From an uncultured Candidatus Saccharibacteria bacterium (GTDB lineage: Bacteria > Patescibacteriota > Minisyncoccia > Phycocordibacterales > UBA918), in assembly GCA_964350985.1 (NCBI GenBank), contig CAYGLK010000001.1, forward strand, positions 457,973 to 521,972: a stretch of DNA of 64,000 bases, given 5' to 3'. The translations under genes were made by a program, and so were the position numbers. The notes below the pieces were generated by a model. It was given only the letters and a program-made list of their open reading frames with translations. It was not told the DNA's origin and did not search any database. Positions 21,386 through 30,089 of this stretch are shown here, piece by piece (the stretch's first letter is position 1; each line of letters begins with the position of its first letter).

Positions 21386-21431
21386 AATTCTCGCCAATCC
21401 AGACAAATAAAAATCCACCATACAGAAACTT

Positions 21432-21517
21432 GCCGGGATGGTGGAATGGTAGACACGAAGGACTTAAAATCCTTTGCCTATTAAAAAAGCGTGCGGGTTC
21501 GAGTCCCGCTCCCGGCA
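21432..21517 (+). tRNA. tRNA-Leu(TAA)
   Basis: GCCGGGA/TCCCGGC acceptor, AAGGA-CTTAAAA-TCCTT anticodon arm. Confidence 0.94.
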
Positions 21518-21566
21518 CAATAGTAAAAACCACCAACTTTTGTTGGTGGTTTTTACTATTGTCGTA

Positions 21567-21754
21567 GGGACTCGAAAGCCGGAACGTAACGGAGTGAAGT
21601 AAGGCAGGGTCGTGAGCGATATATTTTTAACGAGTTTACGAGTTAAAAATAATCGACTCCTGACCGAGTCCCGCTCCCGGCTTATCTGTACAAATGAGTG
21701 AGATTATTTTATGAACGAAGTGAAATAAAATAACCACGAGAGTGACCGAGTCCC
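21567..21754 (+). mobile_element. hairpin element plus second half-element at tRNA-Leu(TAA)
   Basis: GGGACTCGAA start; 17-bp direct copy of tRNA end at 21665-21681; half copy 21696-21754. Confidence 0.65.
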
Positions 21755-21766
21755 TTTTGCTTTTGT

Positions 21767-22057
21767 GGTCACGAGTTACTAAGTCTTTTATTTCACTACG
21801 TTCATAAAAGTCTAAGTACTCTCGACCCCGACTTGTCGGCCCAAAGGGGCCCCGACTTCGTCTTTCAAGTCCTCTCCCGCGCGACAAACAGCAAAGCCCT
21901 AGAACAAATTGTTCTAGGGCTGCTGATTTGTGCGCGGGAGAGGAATCTTTCTCGTTACACGAGCGGTACAGGTTTCATATCGTACTCGCTTCGCTGCGTG
22001 CGATATATTCAACCTTTTCAAGTCCTCTCTCGAAAGCTAACGCTTTCTCCGCGCAAA
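21767..22057 (-). mobile_element. two tandem hairpin elements downstream of tRNA-Leu(TAG)
   Basis: Inverted tRNA-end copies at 21864-21882 and 22017-22057, direct copy near 21930-21945, GAACGTAGTGAA and GCGAAGCGA tips. Confidence 0.65.
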
Positions 22058-22085
22058 CTAAAAGCCCCGAAGGGCTTTCATTTTG

Positions 22086-22167
22086 TGCGCGGGAGAGGAC
22101 TTGAACCTCCACAGATTGCTCTATTAGTTCCTAAGACTAACGCGTCTACCAATTTCGCCACCCGCGC
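22086..22167 (-). tRNA. tRNA-Leu(TAG)
   Basis: Reverse complement GCGCGGG...TTAGT-CTTAGGA-ACTAA...GGTTCAAGTCCTCTCCCGCGCA. Confidence 0.94.
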
Positions 22168-22265
22168 GGATGTGGGAAAGAGTATAACATAAATCAAAAA
22201 AATGTCTTCTGTGATTATTAGCTTGTTTAAACAGGTATTATATTGTAAACTTCGAGTCACATATT

Positions 22266-22338
22266 GCGCCCTTAGCTCAGATGGTAGAGCAGCTCCCTCT
22301 TAAGGAGACGGTCCAAGGTTCGATCCCTTGAGGGCGCA
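22266..22338 (+). tRNA. tRNA-Lys(CTT)
   Basis: GCGCCCT/AGGGCGC acceptor, CTCC-CTCTTAA-GGAG anticodon arm. Confidence 0.93.
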
Positions 22339-22360
22339 CAAAATAATATAAAACAAAGAT

Positions 22361-22408
22361 CGTATCATGTATGATACGATCTTTGTTTTTCATATCATGT
22401 ATGATACG
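22361..22408. promoter_or_regulatory. two 18-bp palindromes CRTATCATGTATGATACG
   Basis: At 22361-22378 and 22391-22408; same motif recurs at 22864-22904. Confidence 0.6.
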
Positions 22409-22412
22409 AAAG

Positions 22413-22859
22413 CTATTTTTTAAATATTTTGTCGGATAAGTTAAATAACAAAAAGTGCATTGGATGTTTTTTCTTGAGGCTAGCGAATGTAAGTTGGGAA
22501 TAGTGTTCTTGACCTTCATTATATTCCTTTGTTAAATTATTTTTTGCCCGCTTCTCTTTCTCTAACTTGACTGCTTTCCCATACTCAGGAAACTCATCAA
22601 TTAACCATCTCTTTACTTTTATCACAGTATTTGGACTAAGCTTCAAGTCATAAATGATTTCAGCTTGAGATCGCCCTGAAAGAAGCATTTGTGCTATCAA
22701 AAGCCTACGTCCCAACATCAGTTGCTCACTTTCAGTTAATAATTCTTTAATAAAATTCTTCCCTTTATTTTCTTTAGCTGCAGAATCAGCTGCTCCGAAA
22801 AGGGTTTTTATTGCTAACTTATCTAAAGGCTTATCTCTGTCACTAATTTTCTTTTTCAT
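22413..22859 (-). CDS. TrpR/YerC-YecD family HTH regulator
   Basis: ELLTESEQLMLGRRLLIAQML..SQAEI...SPNTV.KVKRWL pattern. Confidence 0.8.
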   Translation of the reverse strand: MKKKISDRDKPLDKLAIKTLFGAADSAAKENKGKNFIKELLTESEQLMLGRRLLIAQMLLSGRSQAEIIYDLKLSPNTVIKVKRWLIDEFPEYGKAVKLEKEKRAKNNLTKEYNEGQEHYSQLTFASLKKKHPMHFLLFNLSDKIFKK

Positions 22860-22863
22860 ACTT

Positions 22864-22904
22864 CATATCATACATGATATGAAAATCGTATCATGTATGA
22901 TATG
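22864..22904. promoter_or_regulatory. two 18-bp palindromes, putative operator of the TrpR-like gene
   Basis: CATATCATACATGATATG and CGTATCATGTATGATATG immediately upstream of the start codon. Confidence 0.65.
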
Positions 22905-22932
22905 AGGAATAAGTTAGATTACTATTTGTAAA

Positions 22933-23973
22933 CTAGCTTATTGCAGACCTCAACTTAGTCTTTTTAAACTGCGACGGCCTAAAGAAGCGATTATAGTAAC
23001 GGGCGATTATTTTCTTAACCTTAGCAGGTAAACTATCAATCAACTCACACTTCTTAGAACAATAACCTTTTCTTTTATCTAGACAGTTATCGCAACCCAG
23101 AAACAAAACGTGACAGACTTGGTTTTTACAATGATAGTGATTGTCACTCTTTTCTTCGCGACAGAGGTGGCAATGAGAAATTACTTCATCCCCAATCTTC
23201 TCACCGAGACGTTCATCAAATACAAAGTTCTTTCCACGAAACATATTTGGCAAACCTTCTTTTTCAACTTGATGTTTGTAATCAATCACTCCCCCTTTTA
23301 AATGACGTACATTCTCGTAACCTTGGTGCTTAAGCCAGGCACTAGCTTTCTCACAACGAATACCACCAGTACAGTAGAGAGCAATTTTTTTATTTTTATG
23401 GAGTTTTAAAATTTCAGGTACAACCTTAAGTTCTTCTCTAAAAGTATCAACGTCGGGCTTAATAGCATTTTCAAAATGACCAATCTCACTCTCGTAAGCA
23501 TTGCGCATATCCACAATCACAGCCTCGGGATCTTCTACATAAGCATTGATCTCAGCAGCAGTTAGATACTCACCAGTGTTAGTAACGTCAAAACTATCAT
23601 CATCCAAACCATCAGCAACAATCTTACCTTTAACCTTAATAGCGAGTTTATAAAAAGATGAACTCTCCCCTTCCTCAACTGCAAACTTATAAGGTACCTC
23701 AGCTAGTTCTGGTTGTGCTTGAACCCAGGTGTCAAAAGCATCCCAATTTTCCTCTGGTACATTCATTTGTGCATTGATCCCCTCATAGGCGACATAGATA
23801 CGTCCCAAACAGCCAAGAGAACCCCAAGCTTCTAAAAGTCTAGTGCGGAAGGTTTCTGGGTCACTTAGCTTTACATAACGATAAAATGAGAGGGTCTTAC
23901 GAGCACGAGTATCTGCTAAGACAGCTTGTCTTTTTTCATGACGTGGCCGCATATCAGGGCGATTAAGTGACAT
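22933..23973 (-). CDS. trhO: rhodanese-domain tRNA U34 hydroxylase TrhO (YceA)
   Basis: GRIYVAYEGINAQ, YCTGGIRCEKAS, NFVFDER. Confidence 0.88.
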   Translation of the reverse strand: MSLNRPDMRPRHEKRQAVLADTRARKTLSFYRYVKLSDPETFRTRLLEAWGSLGCLGRIYVAYEGINAQMNVPEENWDAFDTWVQAQPELAEVPYKFAVEEGESSSFYKLAIKVKGKIVADGLDDDSFDVTNTGEYLTAAEINAYVEDPEAVIVDMRNAYESEIGHFENAIKPDVDTFREELKVVPEILKLHKNKKIALYCTGGIRCEKASAWLKHQGYENVRHLKGGVIDYKHQVEKEGLPNMFRGKNFVFDERLGEKIGDEVISHCHLCREEKSDNHYHCKNQVCHVLFLGCDNCLDKRKGYCSKKCELIDSLPAKVKKIIARYYNRFFRPSQFKKTKLRSAIS

Positions 23974-24317
23974 ATAGTTCTATAGAAGTAGTTAAGAAAC
24001 AAAATGGTAACAGAGCCAAGACCTACACGCAACCACACTCAAGAACTAAACATTTTCATTATTTTACAAAGGGTCACCCTAGGGAAAATACCAAGGTCGA
24101 TCCTTTGTATAGTTGTATTCTGGTCAATATATGCAAAATTAGTAGATTCTTGCTAGAAAAGCCATATTTATAGCCATATTATGGAGGTAGTAAACTTGAC
24201 TTTTGCACTAAAATATGCTATGATAGTAAATGGAAGGGCTAAACAGAATCAACGGTAGAGAAATCTACTTTCGCTTTTTGACAATACAATCGCGACAGAA
24301 GTCGCAAAGGAATCGAA

Positions 24318-25175
24318 ATGGACGTGCTTAAGAGACTCAAAAGCCTGGCTGGCTTGGCCACTTGGAGTAGTCATTTTGACACTCTGGGCAACATAATCGC
24401 AAGAATATTGGGCAGGAATCAAGTAGAAGGATCTCCACCGGCAGTGGGAGCTCCTCCAGTAGTTAAGGGGAGGAGCGGATTTGGCAGCTGGGGTGACGAG
24501 CGAAAGTGGCTCGTCTTCCTCGAAGCTGCTGAAACACACAGCCCAGGGGCAGCAAAGCTTCTGACTGATTTTTGGAATTGGGCTGACAAATATGATGGCC
24601 CGAGTTGGCTGGCCCGGAGTTACATTAAGTTGATCGGGAGTTTTAGAAGGACTCTCATCGTGGAAATGGGCTCCAGCGAAGGAGCGGAGTGTGGCAGCAA
24701 AACAACGAAGACAAGGACCACCCGCAAGGAAGAGGATGGTGAGAGTGTCGTTGTTGAGGAGCAGCGGACGGAAAAGCTGCACATCGCTGGCACATCAAAT
24801 CCCAAGCAACTGTTTCTGCGGATGGCCAAGATCATCCGCGAAAATCAAGCCAGTGACACGGCGCGGGGGCGGCTGCGAGGCTACAAAGCCTGTCGGCAAT
24901 TCCTCCATGATAACTGGGTACCATTTCCAGACCAGAAGATCATTACCCTTCTGGAACGCCTCGAGACTGGCAGTAAAGAAAGTGTGGCTACTCTATGGTC
25001 ACAAGCACTAGAGATCATCGGTCGCACCGACACACACATGACGTTTCATCTGTCCCAATGGGCGGATGATGCAGAAGTATGGTCGGTTGCTCGGCGGGCG
25101 GAATTACCAATCCGGCGAGCTGCAAGAACAACAACCCTCTTTGATCGGTGCCACGCTTTTTGTCGCCGAATCTAA
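24318..25175 (+). CDS. GC-rich hypothetical protein
   Basis: 285-aa ORF, AAGGA RBS, TTGACT..TATGAT promoter upstream. Confidence 0.65.
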   Translation: MDVLKRLKSLAGLATWSSHFDTLGNIIARILGRNQVEGSPPAVGAPPVVKGRSGFGSWGDERKWLVFLEAAETHSPGAAKLLTDFWNWADKYDGPSWLARSYIKLIGSFRRTLIVEMGSSEGAECGSKTTKTRTTRKEEDGESVVVEEQRTEKLHIAGTSNPKQLFLRMAKIIRENQASDTARGRLRGYKACRQFLHDNWVPFPDQKIITLLERLETGSKESVATLWSQALEIIGRTDTHMTFHLSQWADDAEVWSVARRAELPIRRAARTTTLFDRCHAFCRRI

Positions 25176-25195
25176 CAACCCTTGGAGATCGGATA

Positions 25196-26176
25196 ATGTT
25201 TAGTGAAATCATGCGTCTGGTGCGGGCACTTCTGTCAGCTGCAGACGACCAGGAAGTGCGGGACATACTTATTGATAAACCTTCGCGTTTGCGAAGTGCG
25301 ATCATGCTGTTCTTCGTCCTTGCCTTTGGTGCAATATGCCTAGGCTGGTTCTGTAACATCATCGGCATCAAGGAGGCCAATGCTGTCCTGTTCTTTCTCG
25401 GAGCTTTCCTTATCGGAGCCAAGACGTTACTCAACCCAGCTCTGCTGGGAGCGAGTGGTGGTATTGGCCTCCTGCTGGGATGGCTCAACAGCGAGGGCGC
25501 TGCAAAGGGCGCTGGCAAAGGGATTTACTTCCTTTATCAAGCCAGTGTTTGGACCTTGTTATGGTTTACCTTGACCACGATGGTCTTGGCGACATGGTCC
25601 TTTCAAGAGAGCCCTGGTTCATTCTGGGTGTTCGCCATGGGGACCATGGTTATGGCCCTGGCTGTTACGGCCTACAAAGTCGAAGGAAAGACAACCTTCA
25701 CATTGATTGCCATCTATGCAATCGTTGTTATGGCGAGCGCAGGATGGCAAACACTTTCCACTGACCAGAAACCAAACTGGTCTTGGGAAAAAATAGTCCG
25801 GACCCTCGACGTCGACAAGACTGACGAGGAGAAGGCGGTGGAGGCAAAGGAAAACTTGGTTTCTGAAGCCAAGGCGAAGGCTGAGGCTGATGAAGTCACG
25901 CGGTTGACGAAAGCAGTGACCCAACAACTGCCAACAACGATCGCAGTGCCCCACTGCAAGAATGGAGTGTCCGCACCGGTGATATTACCGGTCGGCTGGC
26001 ACCTTCGTTCCGGCTGGGGAGGAGGCTCGGTCAAGGTTGAGTACCTCAGTGGTGGCGACTGGGAAGTTGCCACCAGGAGCAATACCGAAAAGCCGGTAGA
26101 GGCTTTCCGCTACTGCACCAACTCGGAACACAACGCGGCACTGGGCATAATGCCTTTGTCGTGGACACGTATCTGA
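25196..26176 (+). CDS. GC-rich multi-TM hypothetical protein with C-terminal soluble domain
   Basis: ORF 25148..26176; ATG at 25196 has GGAG RBS; about 6 hydrophobic segments. Confidence 0.7.
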   Translation: MFSEIMRLVRALLSAADDQEVRDILIDKPSRLRSAIMLFFVLAFGAICLGWFCNIIGIKEANAVLFFLGAFLIGAKTLLNPALLGASGGIGLLLGWLNSEGAAKGAGKGIYFLYQASVWTLLWFTLTTMVLATWSFQESPGSFWVFAMGTMVMALAVTAYKVEGKTTFTLIAIYAIVVMASAGWQTLSTDQKPNWSWEKIVRTLDVDKTDEEKAVEAKENLVSEAKAKAEADEVTRLTKAVTQQLPTTIAVPHCKNGVSAPVILPVGWHLRSGWGGGSVKVEYLSGGDWEVATRSNTEKPVEAFRYCTNSEHNAALGIMPLSWTRI

Positions 26177-26259
26177 GCAAGAAGAACAAATCCTCAATGG
26201 AATGAGGTCAACCGGGCTAGCTTGCTAGTTCGGTTGTTTTTATATAAAAATTTTATTAG

Positions 26260-26715
26260 CTAAGGGTTACCTCCACCTGAACCTCCTGAGTTACCGCCCC
26301 CTGGGCCGCCTGGATTGCTTCCTCCCGGTCCACCAGGATTGCTACCGCCAACACCTGTGTTTGGTTGGAAAATAAAGTCACAACCTGGAAGAGTTGGGTC
26401 ATTAGCGCATTCTAAATTTTTATTTAAACCAAAAGTTCCAGCAGCCAAATTAAACAAAGCGTAGGCTGACATAATTATTACTAATCCTAGCAATCCATAA
26501 GTGATATTCTTCTTCCCTTCTGAACGGGCGCTTTCGTTGTCAGCATTCATAATATAAACAGCACAACCATAAATGAAGAACAAAAAAGCAACTGCTGACA
26601 TTAGAGAAATTAACGGAAACAATATATAAGTGTCTATTTTATCAACTAGGCCTTTCGCCGCTGCGTTCGCTGCTTCTCGAGCTGCATTATTAGCGGCTTC
26701 TTGTTCTGGAGTCAT
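26260..26715 (-). CDS. TrbC/VirB2-like pilin with (GGSNPGGP)n tail
   Basis: Two TMs flanking NESARSEGKK; Gly/Pro repeats at C-terminus. Confidence 0.7.
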   Translation of the reverse strand: MTPEQEAANNAAREAANAAAKGLVDKIDTYILFPLISLMSAVAFLFFIYGCAVYIMNADNESARSEGKKNITYGLLGLVIIMSAYALFNLAAGTFGLNKNLECANDPTLPGCDFIFQPNTGVGGSNPGGPGGSNPGGPGGGNSGGSGGGNP

Positions 26716-26807
26716 ATAGACAATAGTATCAGAGCTTAGGTTAAGAAAAAACACTAATACACAAAAGCCCCGTAAGGGGCTTTTGTGTATTAGTTTAATA
26801 CTTATGC

Positions 26808-27209
26808 TTATCTAGGTCCTCGGTCAGGATCGATTTGGACCTGCGGCACGTTATCTAAGGACCTTCCTTCCAAGCCAGTAGCGCCAGCAAGTAGATTTAC
26901 AATACCGTAAAATACGATGATCAAAAGGAAACCTAGAGTAGCGTAGATCATTAGACTCTTTCCTTTCTCTTTACTTTCGTCATTGGCTCCACCGGCAATG
27001 AAGTATTGGAACATTCCCCAAACAAACACTAAGAAACCAATACCTATAATAAATGGAATCAAGACATCGTTAGTGAACAATAGAATGTTTTCAAGCAATC
27101 TTCCAAATAGTCCCCCAGATCCGTCAGCAGCTAAACCAGCCTGAGCAAAAGTCATCAGTGGTAATGCAAACAAAGTACCAGAAGCAATGAATAAATTTAA
27201 ACGTCGCAT
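26808..27209 (-). CDS. TrbC/VirB2-like pilin
   Basis: Signal ending TFAQ; TM-GGANDESKEKGK-TM. Confidence 0.75.
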   Translation of the reverse strand: MRRLNLFIASGTLFALPLMTFAQAGLAADGSGGLFGRLLENILLFTNDVLIPFIIGIGFLVFVWGMFQYFIAGGANDESKEKGKSLMIYATLGFLLIIVFYGIVNLLAGATGLEGRSLDNVPQVQIDPDRGPR

Positions 27210-27312
27210 AAAATATAAATATTTAAATAAATAATAAGGATACTGATAATTATACACAAAAAATGGCTTTTTCGTTAGCCTTTAATACAGGCTGTGTATA
27301 AAACACTTTGGC

Positions 27313-27573
27313 TTAAGTTCCAAAAATAGAGCTTCTGATCAGCTCTACTACTCCCCAAGCAATTATCATCAAGGTGAATACTACAACAGAAGTTAAAGCC
27401 AGTTGCTTTCCGTCACTAACTTTCTTTTCATCACCCGCACTTAAGACCCAGGCGTCAAATGTCTTCCAGACTACGTAGAGAAAAACAACACCAAAAATTA
27501 GCGGAATAATAAGATTAATTAAACCCAATAGAGCGTCTACCAGGCCAGCGAATGTTGTTGGGGTTTCTTGCAT
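27313..27573 (-). CDS. TrbC/VirB2-like pilin
   Basis: TM-SAGDEKKVSDGK-TM. Confidence 0.7.
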   Translation of the reverse strand: MQETPTTFAGLVDALLGLINLIIPLIFGVVFLYVVWKTFDAWVLSAGDEKKVSDGKQLALTSVVVFTLMIIAWGVVELIRSSIFGT

Positions 27574-27583
27574 ATATTAAATC

Positions 27584-28081
27584 TTAAGCGGTAAATGAAG
27601 AAACTAAATTTTTTATAATTTCAGCAATTGCCACCGCACCAATCACCAATACTCCACCAATAATAGCGTAGGTCAGAGATTTTGTCGCTTGCTCTATTTG
27701 TGCAGCATTTCCCCTGGCGGTAACATATAAGAAACCTGAATAAATGATGAAGAAAACAATTAGTGGCAAGGCCAAGATAACCACAACACTAAGAACACTA
27801 GTCAGCAGCCCTTCTACAGTACCGATCTTAAGAGGATTTTTCAGTTTAACTGAAGTGGCTTGGTTGCTTGTATCTCCATCGCTAGTTCTAGAATTTGTAG
27901 CTTCTCCTGCATTATTCCTAGATTCACCTCCAGCAGTTCCAGTATTAACGGCTGCTGGTTTTTCTGAAGGAGCTGAACCTCCGCTTTCCTGCGCCAAGAC
28001 ATAACTAACAGGTAGGACTAAAACTATAAGAAGAAGGCCTAAAAAAAGTATCTTTAGTGAATCTATAACTTTTATATTCAT
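27584..28081 (-). CDS. TrbC/VirB2-like pilin
   Basis: Signal peptide, LKNPL, TM-TARGNAAQIEQA-TM. Confidence 0.75.
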   Translation of the reverse strand: MNIKVIDSLKILFLGLLLIVLVLPVSYVLAQESGGSAPSEKPAAVNTGTAGGESRNNAGEATNSRTSDGDTSNQATSVKLKNPLKIGTVEGLLTSVLSVVVILALPLIVFFIIYSGFLYVTARGNAAQIEQATKSLTYAIIGGVLVIGAVAIAEIIKNLVSSFTA

Positions 28082-28095
28082 GGTAAATATTTTAA

Positions 28096-29400
28096 TTAAT
28101 AAATTTGTTCAATCTTTACTAATGCATCACTGACAGCTGATCCCAGGTTACTGCGGTTGGCTGTTACTGAATCCAGCATCTGACGCAAAATCACATCAAG
28201 TTGATCTTGATCTGGACTAAGCCAACCTCGGGTGTAAAGAGCAGACTCGTAGGCAATCCTTCCGTAGACATCATTACTCCCAGCAGTTACTGAGCTTCTG
28301 AATACAGGAGCTAGGTTGTAAGCGGTGGTTAATTTTTGAGCATTTGTTTGACTGCTTAGTTGCTGCAAGATAATACTTGCTCCTAGTTTATTTTTAGCGG
28401 CCTTAGGAATAGCTAGGCCATAATAAAGACCGTAGTTACGTTTTACCGTAGCAGCTGCACCTTGCGGCACTGGTGCGATATCAAAACTAAGGTTTGGGTT
28501 CTTTGCTTGTATTTCTTTTCCTTCACTAGCAAAACCAAAATACATGGCTAAGTCTTCGCTCAAGAACATCTCACGATCTTGTCTAAATGAACGATTCCAA
28601 CTATAGAGAGTATTGCCTGTATTGTTAAAATTTGTAAAGAATGAGACAGCGCCTGTTAGTGGTCTCGCTGGTGCCTGACCTATCACCTCTTCCAGTCTAA
28701 CTTTATAAAAACTCTGACTTTCAGTTACAAGCGCACTTCCTCCCTGGATTAATAGTAATGAAAGTATTGGAAAAGCATTTTTAACATTTCCATATTCACC
28801 AAAAGCGATAGCTGGTCTAGTAATATTTCTATTACTATCACGCAAAGTTAAGGCTGGGACCACTTCTCCAACTAACTCTTCCCAGGTGCGCGGCGCAGCC
28901 GATAGATTTTTGTTGGCAAAAATATCTCGATTCCAAAAGAGTACCAGCGGATTAACTGCTATCGGCAAAGCATAGATACCGTCACTTAGCGCAAAGATTT
29001 CCGCCCCGTCAGTATAAGTACTTCTAAAATCACGTATTGGGTAGGCATCATAAGTAATAGCCTGTAGTCTCTTACGATGTTCAACAATACGATCATGTCC
29101 AATTAATATTAAGTCTGGGGGCTTTTGATCAGCCAGGGCATTTACAAATTCATTATCGAAGCTGACTGGATCAACATAGCGGTATGAAACATTTTGGAAA
29201 CTCTTGTCAGTTCCTTCGATTTCTCTTATCAAGTCAGAGAAAGCTGGTGATGGTAAAACACCCCAAATAACAACAGTACCGGTAACTTTCGCTGGATCAT
29301 TTTCATCACTTGGAGAATAAGTGCTAAGCAAAATCAGAGCTATGACAAAAAGCGATCCAAAAACTCCAATCAAAACTAATTCAAAAGGTCTTAATTTCAT
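28096..29400 (-). CDS. extracellular solute-binding protein (sugar ABC type)
   Basis: N-terminal anchor, YALP...LFWNRDIF, PRTWEEL motifs. Confidence 0.8.
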   Translation of the reverse strand: MKLRPFELVLIGVFGSLFVIALILLSTYSPSDENDPAKVTGTVVIWGVLPSPAFSDLIREIEGTDKSFQNVSYRYVDPVSFDNEFVNALADQKPPDLILIGHDRIVEHRKRLQAITYDAYPIRDFRSTYTDGAEIFALSDGIYALPIAVNPLVLFWNRDIFANKNLSAAPRTWEELVGEVVPALTLRDSNRNITRPAIAFGEYGNVKNAFPILSLLLIQGGSALVTESQSFYKVRLEEVIGQAPARPLTGAVSFFTNFNNTGNTLYSWNRSFRQDREMFLSEDLAMYFGFASEGKEIQAKNPNLSFDIAPVPQGAAATVKRNYGLYYGLAIPKAAKNKLGASIILQQLSSQTNAQKLTTAYNLAPVFRSSVTAGSNDVYGRIAYESALYTRGWLSPDQDQLDVILRQMLDSVTANRSNLGSAVSDALVKIEQIY

Positions 29401-29945
29401 ATTTTTCTAACGGCAAAACCGTAATGATGATCTCCGGCTGGATATTCTCTTTCAAAGATAAATTGAGCTGCTTCACATAGATCTGTAGCAGCTGCTTTAC
29501 TCACCACGTCTGCTGGCTGTGGACCTAAGCCACCAAATGATTCAGACCAGTCAATCACGTAAAGCACTCCGTCTTTGCGTAACACTCTTCTGATTTCTTT
29601 TAAAGCCGCGGCTTTATCTTCAAACTGAAACAAGGTGTTTATTAGTAAACCTGAATCAAGAGAATTGTCGGTAAGCTTTATCCCTCCCGCCTCTTCCAGG
29701 TCACACCAAAGTGGACTAACGTTTTGTAAGCTAGCATTACGGACAAATTCACCCAGTTTTTCAACCAGTCCTTTCTGGATCTCGCAAGCATAAACTCTTC
29801 CTTCAGCACCTACAGCCTCTGATAAACTCTTCAAGAAAAAACCGTTTCCAGCACCAAAATCAGCCACCTTATCACCTTCATTTAAATGGAAGTGAGTGGC
29901 AACAATTTCTGGAGTAACAAAACGACCAGGTATAACAAAATTCAT
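29397..29945 (-). CDS. class I SAM-dependent methyltransferase
   Basis: VADFGAGNG, EIRRVLRKDG. Confidence 0.85.
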   Translation of the reverse strand: MNFVIPGRFVTPEIVATHFHLNEGDKVADFGAGNGFFLKSLSEAVGAEGRVYACEIQKGLVEKLGEFVRNASLQNVSPLWCDLEEAGGIKLTDNSLDSGLLINTLFQFEDKAAALKEIRRVLRKDGVLYVIDWSESFGGLGPQPADVVSKAAATDLCEAAQFIFEREYPAGDHHYGFAVRKI

Positions 29946-30089
29946 TGCTTTTATTATACATCATAAGATTTTAGCTTTTACTTAGGTGTGTGAAATAAAA
30001 GACCGCGAGCTATGCTCGCGGTCTTTTATTTACCTCTATTCGACTTTAGGTCGGACAACGAAGAAGTGTGCCGTTTGTGTAGCTTATAT

